Positions 1-8,214 of a DNA stretch of 25,930 bases are shown here, one piece after another; position 1 is the first letter of the stretch, and every line of letters starts with the position of its first letter. This DNA is from a virus (lineage: Duplodnaviria; Caudoviricetes), in the IMG/VR virus record IMGVR_UViG_3300037071_001344, positions 1 to 25,930 of that record; one strand, written 5' to 3'. A program made the translations under genes and the position numbers. The notes below the pieces were generated by a model. It saw nothing but the letters and a program-made list of their open reading frames with translations. It ran no database searches and was not told the DNA's origin.

Positions 1-10
1 GAATCGCATC

Positions 11-382
11 GTGAAACGGCAAACCCCGTACCGACCCCGACAACCGATGGTGAAGCTGACGTTCGACCGGCGTGATGTCTCGGCGCAAGTCGTGTACTTC
101 GCGTACGATGCACAGGCTGATCTCACCAAGATTGGCACAACGTGGCTCGGACATCTCTCCGAGCGCGTCCGAACACACGAACGGGCTATCGGAAGACCGC
201 TCAGGCTACTCGGCACGATCTGGGGTGATCGGCACGCCGAGAAAGAAATTCATGACGATCTGGAGGCCACCAGAGATCACGGCGAGTGGTTCCGCGCATC
301 TCCAGACCTCGCGGCACTCGTTGCCATCCTGAACACGCACGGCTCTGCTGATGGTTTCTGGGGCGGATGGGAGGGATTCTGA
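11..382 (+). CDS. T5orf172/MUG113-like (GIY-YIG-related) domain protein
   Basis: VYF...KIGTT...RVR...AEKEIH...GEWF pattern typical of the family. Confidence 0.75.
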   Translation: MKRQTPYRPRQPMVKLTFDRRDVSAQVVYFAYDAQADLTKIGTTWLGHLSERVRTHERAIGRPLRLLGTIWGDRHAEKEIHDDLEATRDHGEWFRASPDLAALVAILNTHGSADGFWGGWEGF

Positions 383-465
383 TGGTCGTCAAGCGCGCGG
401 CGCTGCACTTCCCGGAGCTGTACCCGATCGTGCTACGCGACCTCGCCGCCGAGGAGGTGGCGTAG
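382..465 (+). CDS. 27-aa hypothetical peptide
   Basis: ATG overlaps the previous TGA and the ORF fills the gap exactly (MVVKRAALHFPELYPIVLRDLAAEEVA). Confidence 0.35.
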   Translation: MVVKRAALHFPELYPIVLRDLAAEEVA

Positions 466-468
466 GTC

Positions 469-768
469 ATGGCCGGCGAGCGAGAGCCCCTGATGTCCGT
501 GGGCCAGGTGGCCGAGCGCCTGAACGTCAGCCCACGCTCGGCGCTGCGCCTCATCGAGCGCCACGAGCTGCGAGGCGTGCGGATCGGTCGTCTCTGGCGC
601 GTGCGGGCCGAGGACGTCGAGCAGTTGGCGACGCCGGCCCCAGAGTCCTACACGGCCGGCGCCTTCGGACTGTCGAGCACGACCAACCTGACGCCGGCAC
701 CGGCAGGCGAGACGAGGTTCCGCGCACTCATGCGGAACAACGAGAAAGCGCCTCTCAGCGGTAACTGA
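469..768 (+). CDS. Excisionase-like HTH_17 DNA-binding protein
   Basis: LMSVGQVAERLNVSPRSALRLIERHELRGVRIGRLWRV; GGAGG upstream. Confidence 0.85.
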   Translation: MAGEREPLMSVGQVAERLNVSPRSALRLIERHELRGVRIGRLWRVRAEDVEQLATPAPESYTAGAFGLSSTTNLTPAPAGETRFRALMRNNEKAPLSGN

Positions 769-776
769 GAGGCGCT
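747..776. terminator. Perfect 12-bp stem-loop, possible terminator
   Basis: AGCGCCTCTCAG-cggtaa-CTGAGAGGCGCT; weak U-tracts on both strands; a second small hairpin lies at 783-800. Confidence 0.5.
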
Positions 777-814
777 CATTCATCGGGCTGGCAGGCCCGA
801 GGAGGTTAGTACCT

Positions 815-1009
815 GTGACGATCTTATCAGATTTGCCGCCGCTCGTGGACATCGTCAGGCTGGTGCTCGAAGTCGAGCGCGCCGACGAAGAAGCCTCGAT
901 TCATGAGGCCGTGTGTCGCTACCGCCGCCAGGGCCTCCGCTGCTCTACCTGCGCGTCATTGAACGAGCGGGCGGCACGGCTGGTTCGGCTCGCAGGCGGC
1001 GCCTCGTGA
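815..1009 (+). CDS. Hypothetical protein
   Basis: GAGGAGG RBS, GTG start, CxxC motif. Confidence 0.55.
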   Translation: MTILSDLPPLVDIVRLVLEVERADEEASIHEAVCRYRRQGLRCSTCASLNERAARLVRLAGGAS

Positions 1010-1218
1010 GGGGCGCCCCGTCCATCTACGGCGAACTGACCCCCGAGGCCGAGGCTTCGTATTCGCGCTGGATTATGGCTTTGTTCGATCTCACGGAGCA
1101 TGTCTCGTGGTGCAAGGCCGGCTGCCGAGACGCTGACTACCGCTGCCCGGTCGGGCGCGTGCTGCACGCCGCCGAGCAATCCACATGGAAGCTCTGGAAG
1201 GGGGCGAGAAGTGGCTGA
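1006..1218 (+). CDS. Hypothetical protein (Cys/His cluster)
   Basis: GTGA overlap with the previous gene; HVSWCKAGC...C...H. Confidence 0.55.
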   Translation: MRGAPSIYGELTPEAEASYSRWIMALFDLTEHVSWCKAGCRDADYRCPVGRVLHAAEQSTWKLWKGARSG

Positions 1219-1453
1219 TTTGCAAGAGTGCATTTCCCTGTTCCATGTGACCCACGCGACGCGCCCTCCAGGCCGTCCCATCCGAGTTATCCGTGTGGCA
1301 ATGCGCCACACGGCGACGTGGCGACGGGATTCCCGCTATCTCGCGCTGTCATGGAAACGCGCCGGCGATCTGCCCGAGGCGGTGCGGTGCGACAGGCTCG
1401 CGGCAACTGGCGAGCACCTGGAACTGGAGCGCGTCGGGCTGGTGGTGAGGTGA
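1211..1453 (+). CDS. Hypothetical protein
   Basis: Fits the chain of overlapping + strand ORFs. Confidence 0.4.
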   Translation: MADLQECISLFHVTHATRPPGRPIRVIRVAMRHTATWRRDSRYLALSWKRAGDLPEAVRCDRLAATGEHLELERVGLVVR

Positions 1454-1536
1454 AGGACATGCCCGAGTGGTTGGTGCCCGTCTGGGTCGGCTTCCTCGTC
1501 GGCGCCGTCGTCGTGTTCTGGCTGCTGACGTCATGA
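1450..1536 (+). CDS. Small single-TM membrane peptide
   Basis: GTGA and ATGA overlaps at both ends; WLVPVWVGFLVGAVVVFWLL. Confidence 0.5.
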   Translation: MKDMPEWLVPVWVGFLVGAVVVFWLLTS

Positions 1537-1835
1537 GCGATCAGCCGCTAGCTGACACGGTCCCCTGCCGGCGCTGCGGCGCCCCGAGGGTGGTGGGGAA
1601 GCAGTGCAAAGAGTGCCGGCTGAACACCATTCGTCGCCATTTCGACGGGGTGATACGAGAGGTGAGCAGGACGTCACCTGTCCCGCTGCAACGGTCCTGT
1701 AACCGGTGCGGTGCAACGCGACTCCCCTTTCAACACTGCCGTCCGTGTGAGATCGCGAAGGGAAGACGGGTCGGCAGTTTCGAGCTAACAGAGGCAACGA
1801 CACCGACGCAACGAAAAGAGAGGGCCACCCTGTGA
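1533..1835 (+). CDS. Double zinc-ribbon protein
   Basis: CRRC..CKEC and CNRC..CRPC; ATGA overlap. Confidence 0.6.
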   Translation: MSDQPLADTVPCRRCGAPRVVGKQCKECRLNTIRRHFDGVIREVSRTSPVPLQRSCNRCGATRLPFQHCRPCEIAKGRRVGSFELTEATTPTQRKERATL

Positions 1836-2098
1836 GCGACAACCTGCTCAGGCTCAAGCCCGAGGACATGGCCGAGCCCGTCAACCAGCCGATGAACGAG
1901 GACGTGATCTCGGCGATGACCGAGGCGCAGCTGCTCGAGGTCGTCGGCAAGCTCGGCGCCGCGCAGAGGTTCATCCTGCTGACCTTCGAGCAGTCGATGA
2001 GCCCGTCGTCGCGCAAGCCGCTGCGACTCGCCTACGGGGCCGTGAACGACGCGATCAGGCTGGCACAGGCGCTCGTCGACTCGACGAGGCGGTTCTGA
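1832..2098 (+). CDS. Hypothetical helical protein
   Basis: GTGA overlap, GAGGG RBS. Confidence 0.6.
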   Translation: MSDNLLRLKPEDMAEPVNQPMNEDVISAMTEAQLLEVVGKLGAAQRFILLTFEQSMSPSSRKPLRLAYGAVNDAIRLAQALVDSTRRF

Positions 2099-2391
2099 TG
2101 CCACGGAAGTACCCGCGCGGCGAGATCGGGAAGTGGCGAGACCCGCTTCCGCCGTTCCAGCGCGACAAGCACCTCTGGCAGCGGTTCTGCCGGACGGTCG
2201 AGCAGCGTATTGAGTGGATCAGAGCGGACGAGGGGATCGATGGGCGCCGCGAAGACTGGCAGACGTTCGAGCTGCGGTTGCCGGCCAGGGTACTGCCGTT
2301 CCGCCCGTACCGATCCCATATGCGAGACGCGCCGACAACCCCGAGAGACGCTAGGGGCCGGCTGATGGCCCGATCTATGGAGGCATCTTGA
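2098..2391 (+). CDS. Hypothetical protein
   Basis: TGATG overlap with the previous gene. Confidence 0.5.
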   Translation: MPRKYPRGEIGKWRDPLPPFQRDKHLWQRFCRTVEQRIEWIRADEGIDGRREDWQTFELRLPARVLPFRPYRSHMRDAPTTPRDARGRLMARSMEAS

Positions 2392-3149
2392 CTACCGACA
2401 TCGTGCGACAGGACGCGACCGTTGAGCCCGTCCGACTGCCAACCTACGAGATGGATCTGTCTGCCATCGAGCGGCTGATCGTGCTCGGTGACCTGTCCAA
2501 GCTCTCGCCCGACGAGCGCTGGAGCTACTACATCCAGGTCTGCCGGTCGGTCGGGCTCAACCCGGCGACCCAGCCGTTTCAGTACATCACGCTCTCCGGC
2601 AAGCTCGTCCTCTACGCCACGAAGGGCGCGGCCGAACAGCTCCGAGACAACAACCACGTCAGCATTGACATCACGAGCCGCGAGCGGATCGACGACCTGT
2701 ACGTGGTGACGGCTCGCGCGACGACGCCGGACGGCAGGCACGACGAAGAGATCGGGGCGGTACCGATCGGCACCCTCAAGGGTGACGCGCTCGCTAACGC
2801 ACTGATGAAGGCGACCACGAAGGCGAAGCGCCGGGTCACGCTGTCGATGATCGGGCTCGGCATGCTCGACGAGACCGAGGTCGAGACAATCCCGAACGTC
2901 CGCTATGAGACGAATAGCGACGTGCACGGGGATCGCGGCGGCGACCTCCAGCGGATCATCTCGCCGGAGCGCGCGACGCTTGAAGAAGAGTACCGTCGCT
3001 TGGCGACGCTCGCGCGTGCGCGCGACTACAGGCACGTCGCGAAGCTCAATGCCACCAACATCGCCGAGAAGACCGACGACGAGGTCGGACGGGCGGTCGC
3101 GACGCTCAAGAAGTGGGAAGCGTCACTCGGCGACGATGAGGCGTTCTGA
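2388..3149 (+). CDS. Phage single-strand annealing recombinase (Bet/RecT/Rad52-superfamily-like)
   Basis: VCRSVGLNPATQ...ALMKATTKAKRRVTLSMIGLG pattern; GGAGG RBS before TTG. Confidence 0.65.
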   Translation: MTTDIVRQDATVEPVRLPTYEMDLSAIERLIVLGDLSKLSPDERWSYYIQVCRSVGLNPATQPFQYITLSGKLVLYATKGAAEQLRDNNHVSIDITSRERIDDLYVVTARATTPDGRHDEEIGAVPIGTLKGDALANALMKATTKAKRRVTLSMIGLGMLDETEVETIPNVRYETNSDVHGDRGGDLQRIISPERATLEEEYRRLATLARARDYRHVAKLNATNIAEKTDDEVGRAVATLKKWEASLGDDEAF

Positions 3150-3150
3150 C

Positions 3151-3354
3151 ATGGCTATCTGCAAGCTCTGCGGCATCGAGATCGAGTTTGTTCGGACGGC
3201 GAAGGGCAAGCTCGCCCCAATCAACGTCAAGACCGGGAAGACGCACTTCGGCGACTGTCCGGTCTACCTCGCGCAGCGCAAGGCCGGCTATGCCCAGTCG
3301 TCTTTCGAGGACATGGCCGCGCCGAAGCCCGAGACGCGGGACTATCCCGGGTGA
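3151..3354 (+). CDS. Small Zn-binding protein
   Basis: CKLCGIEIEFVRTAKGK...HFGDC, a common small phage family. Confidence 0.6.
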   Translation: MAICKLCGIEIEFVRTAKGKLAPINVKTGKTHFGDCPVYLAQRKAGYAQSSFEDMAAPKPETRDYPG

Positions 3355-3773
3355 GGCCGGACTACGTCGGCCCCTGGGCGTGGTTGGAGCACCACTACGG
3401 ACTGATCGAGGAAGGCATGCGGCAGGCCGACTGCCTGATGGTCTGCGTAGAGCACAAGGGCCGACACCCGTTCATCGACGGAGGGTGTCACGAACTGCCG
3501 AGGCCGCTACCGAAGCGCGAGCGGGTCAGGATCGCCAACCAGGACCGGGAGCAGGAGGCCGCTCCCGTCCGGGTGCAGTTCGACGTGGACGATATCGCCG
3601 AGGCGATCGTCAAGGCCGAGTTGTATTTAGCTTCACGTCGCCAGGAGCGCGCGCCGGCCGCACAGGCACTCCAGGGCGCCCCCGCACCTAAAACCTCTCC
3701 TGAGCCCGTGAACGGCCAGCACGAGGCTCCTGCGCCCTCGCGCCGCATCCTGGACATGGACGATCAGCCATGA
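3351..3773 (+). CDS. Hypothetical protein
   Basis: GTGA and ATGA overlaps with both neighbours. Confidence 0.55.
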   Translation: MRPDYVGPWAWLEHHYGLIEEGMRQADCLMVCVEHKGRHPFIDGGCHELPRPLPKRERVRIANQDREQEAAPVRVQFDVDDIAEAIVKAELYLASRRQERAPAAQALQGAPAPKTSPEPVNGQHEAPAPSRRILDMDDQP

Positions 3774-5110
3774 AGCCAAGCCAGTTCCGACGCGACGGCG
3801 ACGAGTTCTTAGCGATCTGGGAGGGCGCCGGCGTCGGGATTGGTTTTAGCCGGATCAGGGAGTCGGACTCGGGGATGCTGTACGCCGAGCTTGACGTGCA
3901 GTCGATCCGCCCCGACGCGCAGGGGACGCTGCTCTCACCGTCCCGGTTCAACCTGATGGCAGCGACCGAGCGCAAGCGGTTGGCCGAACTGCTGGCGCAG
4001 CGCGCGCCCGACGTCGTCTGGGCCGATGCGTTAGAGGCGGCGATCGGCCGGGTGATCCGGGATTGGCGCACCCCAGAGCCACTGGTCGACCTCTGGGACG
4101 TGGAAGACCCGGGCTCACTGACCTATCTGACGAAGCCGCTGCTCGTCGAGAACGACACCAACATCTGGTATGCCGACGAGCAGTCGTTGAAGTCGTATCT
4201 GGCGATGGCGACGGCGGCGTCTGTCGTCTCAGGACTGGAATTGTCCGGCATTGGCTGGCCGAGCAAGCAGGGGACGGTCCTGTACTACGACTGGGAGACG
4301 TTCGACCAGCGCCAGCGTCGGCGCCTCACCAGGGTCGTCAACGGGCTCGGGCTTCCGATGCTCCGCAACATCAAATACCGGCGGATGACGCGCCCGCTGT
4401 TGGACGTGATCGGCCTAATCCGGGCCGAGGCGAGCAGGCTAGGGGCGGTACTCGTGATCTTCGATTCGCTCGGGTTTATGTGCGGCGGCGACCTCAATAA
4501 GCCGGAAATCGCGCTACCCGTCATCAACGCCGTGGGATCGATCCAGGGCGTTACCCGGCTGATCCTGGCGCACCACGGCAAGAGCGGCCGGCAGGACGGG
4601 GAGAAGCCCTCGGTATTCGGGTCGGCGTTCTTCGAGGCGGGATCACGCAACCGCTGGCTGATCCGAAAGGCACAGGGGGAGGAGGAATCGACGGTCAGGA
4701 TCGGCCTCTACAACGACAAGACCAGCGACGATCAGCGTCACAAACCGTTGGGCCTGGCATTCAACTTTGATGCCGAGCGAGACAGCGTGATGCTCAGCCG
4801 GGCCGAGATTGAAGACGAGCCGGAGCTGATGAAGTCAGCCACGGCAGCCGCCAGAATCCGAGCCATGCTGCGCCGTGCAGCCTACGGCCGAGCCACGGTG
4901 GAGGTCATCGCAGACGAGACCGGGCTGACCGGCAACACCGTCGCGAAAGAGCTTCGGCGAATGAAAGATACCGTCAACCTGAACAGCCCCGGAGGGGGGA
5001 AGGGAAAGAAAGGTGAGTGGGGTCTGATGGACCTCTCACCCCAAACCCAAACCCAAACTTTGCAAACCCATACCAACGGTTCGGGTTTAGCCGATGAACT
5101 CCCATTCTGA
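3770..5110 (+). CDS. AAA_25/RecA-fold replication ATPase or helicase with C-terminal HTH
   Basis: Walker A-like YADEQSLKS, VLYYDWE, Walker B LVIFDS, LAHHGK, VFGS; C-terminal ATVEVIADETGLTGNTVAKELRRM. Confidence 0.75.
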   Translation: MKPSQFRRDGDEFLAIWEGAGVGIGFSRIRESDSGMLYAELDVQSIRPDAQGTLLSPSRFNLMAATERKRLAELLAQRAPDVVWADALEAAIGRVIRDWRTPEPLVDLWDVEDPGSLTYLTKPLLVENDTNIWYADEQSLKSYLAMATAASVVSGLELSGIGWPSKQGTVLYYDWETFDQRQRRRLTRVVNGLGLPMLRNIKYRRMTRPLLDVIGLIRAEASRLGAVLVIFDSLGFMCGGDLNKPEIALPVINAVGSIQGVTRLILAHHGKSGRQDGEKPSVFGSAFFEAGSRNRWLIRKAQGEEESTVRIGLYNDKTSDDQRHKPLGLAFNFDAERDSVMLSRAEIEDEPELMKSATAAARIRAMLRRAAYGRATVEVIADETGLTGNTVAKELRRMKDTVNLNSPGGGKGKKGEWGLMDLSPQTQTQTLQTHTNGSGLADELPF

Positions 5111-5240
5111 TGGGCGGTTTGGGTTTGGTATGGGTTTGGGTATGGGTTTCCACCATTACACGCGCGCGCGTGTACGCTCGTGTTAAGTCCCCTACGGGGA
5201 CATAGGGGAAACGAGTATCAGTTTCCCAGTATGGGTTTAG
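5039..5240. repeat. Putative replication origin: inverted iteron-like repeats and palindromes
   Basis: (CCAAAC)x3 and AAACCCATACC (5064-5074), facing GGTATGGGTTT (5127-5137, 5139-5149) and GTATGGGTTT (5229-5238); palindrome TACACGCGCGCGCGTGTA (5157-5174). Confidence 0.6.
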
Positions 5241-5301
5241 GAAGAACGGCGATGGGATTTCATGGGGGCTCCGCCCCCACACCCCCGGAGGCGAACTGCT
5301 A

Positions 5302-5817
5302 ATGACCGTCCGCGTCCTCGTCGGCGATGCGCTCTCCGTGCTAAAGACGCTTCCGGATGCGTCAATTCAACTGTGCGTGACATCTCCGCCCTATTTCGGG
5401 CTCCGGAGCTATTCCACCGATCCGCAGATCTGGGGCGGCGACCCGGAGTGCGGGCACACGTTTATGCCGTCCGGCTCGTGCCCGTACTGCGGCGCGTGGC
5501 GCGGCGAGCTGGGCAGCGAGCCCACGCCATCCCTGTTCATCGAGCACCTCGTCTCGATCTTCGATGAGGTGTGGAGAGTTCTGCGGAAGGACGGCCTAGT
5601 TTTCTGTAACTTAGGCGATAGCTACGCTGGCTCTGGAAAGGGACCGCAAGGCTTAAGCGGCATGGGAAATCAAGACATCCGGATGGCCGGCGTGATTGAC
5701 CCGAAGGGGGACAAGAGCAAGACGACCTATCCGGGGGAGTGGGAACTACGGGCCGACCTGACTGACGAAGAAGTTGCCTATGTTTTGCGGGAGTTGGCGG
5801 CGTGCAAGAGCTTGTGA
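5302..5817 (+). CDS. N4C/N6A DNA methyltransferase (beta class), N-terminal half
   Basis: GDALSVL, catalytic TSPPY, VWRVLRKDG, NLGDSY; lacks the SAM-binding motif. Confidence 0.85.
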   Translation: MTVRVLVGDALSVLKTLPDASIQLCVTSPPYFGLRSYSTDPQIWGGDPECGHTFMPSGSCPYCGAWRGELGSEPTPSLFIEHLVSIFDEVWRVLRKDGLVFCNLGDSYAGSGKGPQGLSGMGNQDIRMAGVIDPKGDKSKTTYPGEWELRADLTDEEVAYVLRELAACKSL

Positions 5818-6320
5818 CACGAGCGGCAGAGCGCCATCAGGTTCTCGGGGGCGTGGTTCGTCTTCGTGAAGTCCCGATGGTGCAGATCGAGCGGGTAGTC
5901 GGGTCGGGCGTCGCACCGTTCGCAGGTGCCCTCAGCACGGGCGCGGATCTTCTGACGGTAGCCGCGGCCCCAACCGGGCGCGTATCCCGTCGTTCGGTTC
6001 TTGCCCTGATAGTTCGGGTTGTTTTCGCCGGCCAGCGATTCGGCAATCTGCATGAGCCAGTCTCGATTCTCGGCCTGAGCAAGGCCACGGATGCGGGCTT
6101 CCTCGCGCATCTCGGATGTCCACGCGGCGCGGGCTTTAGCGCCATGCTCCGGACGCTTCCGCCCCTGAAGTTTCGGCTTAGGCACGCCCTGCTGGCGTCG
6201 GCTCATAGCCGCGCGCCATTCGGGGGTACGGATGTAGGGCAGCGTATGCGCTCGGCAGAATGTCGCGGTAGGGGCGCAGGGCGCCCCACACTGCGAGCAC
6301 GGGTGCTTCGGACTTGGCAT
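5778..6320 (-). CDS. HNH homing endonuclease with NUMOD3-like segment
   Basis: GENNPNYQG, then CERC...LHHRD..KTN...NL..LCRSCH...H; N-terminal CxxC..C..H. Confidence 0.85.
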   Translation of the reverse strand: MPSPKHPCSQCGAPCAPTATFCRAHTLPYIRTPEWRAAMSRRQQGVPKPKLQGRKRPEHGAKARAAWTSEMREEARIRGLAQAENRDWLMQIAESLAGENNPNYQGKNRTTGYAPGWGRGYRQKIRARAEGTCERCDARPDYPLDLHHRDFTKTNHAPENLMALCRSCHKLLHAANSRKT

Positions 6321-6323
6321 GGT

Positions 6324-6593
6324 TCAGCCCCTCAGCCGGGGCGTGGCACGGTAAAAGAGGCCGTCTCGATCCTTGCCGCGCGAGAGGACGCCTCGTCGGG
6401 CCATCTGACCAATCTTTCGCCGTACCGCTGCGATGGTCGGGTCGGGATCGTACATCGCGGATTCGGGGCGTGTGGCGTCATACAGGCGAAACCCAACATC
6501 ACGGGCGCGGATACCGCAGTTTTCCCGTCCGTAGGATGCCCGAGACTCGGCTTGGATCGCGGCAATGATGTCGGCATCCGAGTACGTCGCCAT
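6324..6593 (-). CDS. Hypothetical protein, possible winged-helix
   Basis: GAGGG RBS; adjacent to both minus-strand neighbours; TIAAVRRKIGQMARRGVL...LFY ending. Confidence 0.55.
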   Translation of the reverse strand: MATYSDADIIAAIQAESRASYGRENCGIRARDVGFRLYDATRPESAMYDPDPTIAAVRRKIGQMARRGVLSRGKDRDGLFYRATPRLRG

Positions 6594-6824
6594 CTAGCTA
6601 CCCTCGTATTCGGTCAGCAGGCGGTCGGCGATCTCGGCAGCGGCGCACGAGACGGCCTCGTCATGCGAGCCGTGCTGGTGGTGGCACGTCGCGACGGCCG
6701 GCACGATTGCCGACCCGTCCTTGACCGCGCCGCAGGACGCGGGATAGTGGCAGATGTTCTGGAGGCTGGCGATGATCCGTCGTTCTGTCGGCTGCTGCGG
6801 TGCTCGTCGGCTGGCGGTGTTCAC
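6594..6824 (-). CDS. Hypothetical protein
   Basis: GTG start with GGAG RBS 8 nt upstream, just downstream of the minus-strand promoter. Confidence 0.55.
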   Translation of the reverse strand: MNTASRRAPQQPTERRIIASLQNICHYPASCGAVKDGSAIVPAVATCHHQHGSHDEAVSCAAAEIADRLLTEYEGS

Positions 6825-6854
6825 GGTAGGTACTCCGTACTTCAATCTAGGGGC

Positions 6855-6883
6855 ATTGTAGCATGAAACTCCGACTTGGTCAA
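6855..6883 (-). promoter_or_regulatory. Sigma70-type promoter driving the inverted HNH cassette
   Basis: Minus strand TTGACC-N17-TACAAT with TG extension (TGCTACAAT). Confidence 0.75.
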
Positions 6884-7840
6884 GAGGAAATCCCGCCGCA
6901 TTTGAAGCGGTTTTTCAAGCCCGTGGGAGGACTGAAGCAGAAGAACCTCATGCTCGTGCCCCAGCGGTTCGCCATCGCCATGCAGGAGCGCGGGTGGATC
7001 GTCCGCTCGGAAATCGTCTGGGCCAAGACCTCGGCCATGCCGGAGAGCGTCCGAGATCGTCCGACCTCGGCATGGGAGCCCATCTGGATGTTCAGCAAGA
7101 GCCAGCGGTATTTTTACGATGGGGATGCGGTGCGGCAGCCTCACGTGGCCCCCGAGCGGCAAGGCAAACCTAATACGGGATGGGACTATGGGGAGAATCG
7201 ACGGAAGATTGGGGAGCCGTCTAACTCTAAGCACGTCCTTGAGTACCACCCAGCCGGCGCCTCGCTCCGTAACGTCTGGACGCTCGGGCCTGAGCCGTCC
7301 TCGCTGGAGCACTACGCAGGATTTGTGACCGCCATCCCGCGCCGCTGCATCCTGGCCGGCACCAGCGAGAAGGGCGCGTGCCCGGCGTGCGGGGCACCGT
7401 GGGTGCGGGTGGTGGAGCGGGGGGTCAGTCGGTACAGCGAGGTCATGAACGGTCGCTCGTGGCGCGATGTGGATGACGACGCCTATGAGCGCGGCATCGT
7501 GCCCCGGCGTGGTGAGGGTGGGCATACGCGGCTACCCGGATCGAAGGGAGCCGGCGATTTGACACCGAAGGGGGGCGGGACTCTCGGCTGGGCACCTTCC
7601 TGCTCCTGTCCTCCGGCCTCGCCGATTCCTCAGACGGTCCTCGACCCATTCCTGGGCTCGGGCACAACCGCGATGGTCGCGGATCGACTCGGACGGGACG
7701 CCATCGGCATCGAGCTGAACGCCGAGTACGCCGAGATGGCGCGCAAGCGGATCGAGCAGGACGCCGGCAATCTCTTTGGCGATCCCGTCTCCGTCGAAGC
7801 GCCGGCACAGCTCGACCTGTTCGGGGAGGTGGCCGGATGA
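6863..7840 (+). CDS. N4C/N6A DNA methyltransferase, C-terminal half
   Basis: LKQKNLMLVP..GWIVRSEIVWAK..MPESVRDRPT, RNVW, SAM motif LDPFLGSGTT, GIELN. Confidence 0.88.
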   Translation: MKLRLGQEEIPPHLKRFFKPVGGLKQKNLMLVPQRFAIAMQERGWIVRSEIVWAKTSAMPESVRDRPTSAWEPIWMFSKSQRYFYDGDAVRQPHVAPERQGKPNTGWDYGENRRKIGEPSNSKHVLEYHPAGASLRNVWTLGPEPSSLEHYAGFVTAIPRRCILAGTSEKGACPACGAPWVRVVERGVSRYSEVMNGRSWRDVDDDAYERGIVPRRGEGGHTRLPGSKGAGDLTPKGGGTLGWAPSCSCPPASPIPQTVLDPFLGSGTTAMVADRLGRDAIGIELNAEYAEMARKRIEQDAGNLFGDPVSVEAPAQLDLFGEVAG

Positions 7841-8214
7841 CCGCAGATGCCCCAAAACGCGCGCTCAAGGGGGCCAGGAGCGATTTTCCTACGCAAGTGG
7901 ACTCTAGAGCCATCCCGGCATTTCGGGAGACGGAGAAGTCGTTTATGGCGTCCGTCGTCAAGTACGCCAATCTCATGGGCTGGCGGCACTACCACACCCA
8001 CCGCTCCGAGAAGTCGCCGGCCGGCTTTCCGGACCTCGTCCTCGTCCGTGCCCGGCACCCGAAACCTCGCGTCGTCTTCGCCGAGCTCAAGGCCCAACGT
8101 ACCCCGGTGACCGACGATCAGCGCGAGTGGATCGCCGACCTCCGAGCGTGCGGCCAGGAAGCCTACATCTGGCGCCCGTCCATGTGGCAGGCCGTCGAGA
8201 GGATTCTTCGATGA
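7837..8214 (+). CDS. VRR-NUC family nuclease
   Basis: GFPDLVLV...FAELK...Q..W PD-(D/E)xK pattern. Confidence 0.85.
   Translation: MTADAPKRALKGARSDFPTQVDSRAIPAFRETEKSFMASVVKYANLMGWRHYHTHRSEKSPAGFPDLVLVRARHPKPRVVFAELKAQRTPVTDDQREWIADLRACGQEAYIWRPSMWQAVERILR

Noticed and set aside
2055-3035. Long minus-strand ORFs opposite the recombinase, and similar ones opposite terL, portal, LamG and the GTs
   Set aside because: Typical high-GC antisense shadow ORFs with no motifs
5818-6862. Group I/II intron interrupting the MTase
   Set aside because: The insert is fully occupied by antisense ORFs and I see no ribozyme core or splice-boundary motifs; not formally excluded without RT-PCR
5802-6866. 354-aa + strand ORF bridging the two MTase halves (intein or frameshift readthrough)
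   Set aside because: No recognisable motifs; it is the antisense shadow of three minus-strand genes that have their own RBS and promoter
5302-7840. MTase as a pseudogene
   Set aside because: Both halves are open with all motifs intact, and the C half has its own start with a plausible AGGGG RBS
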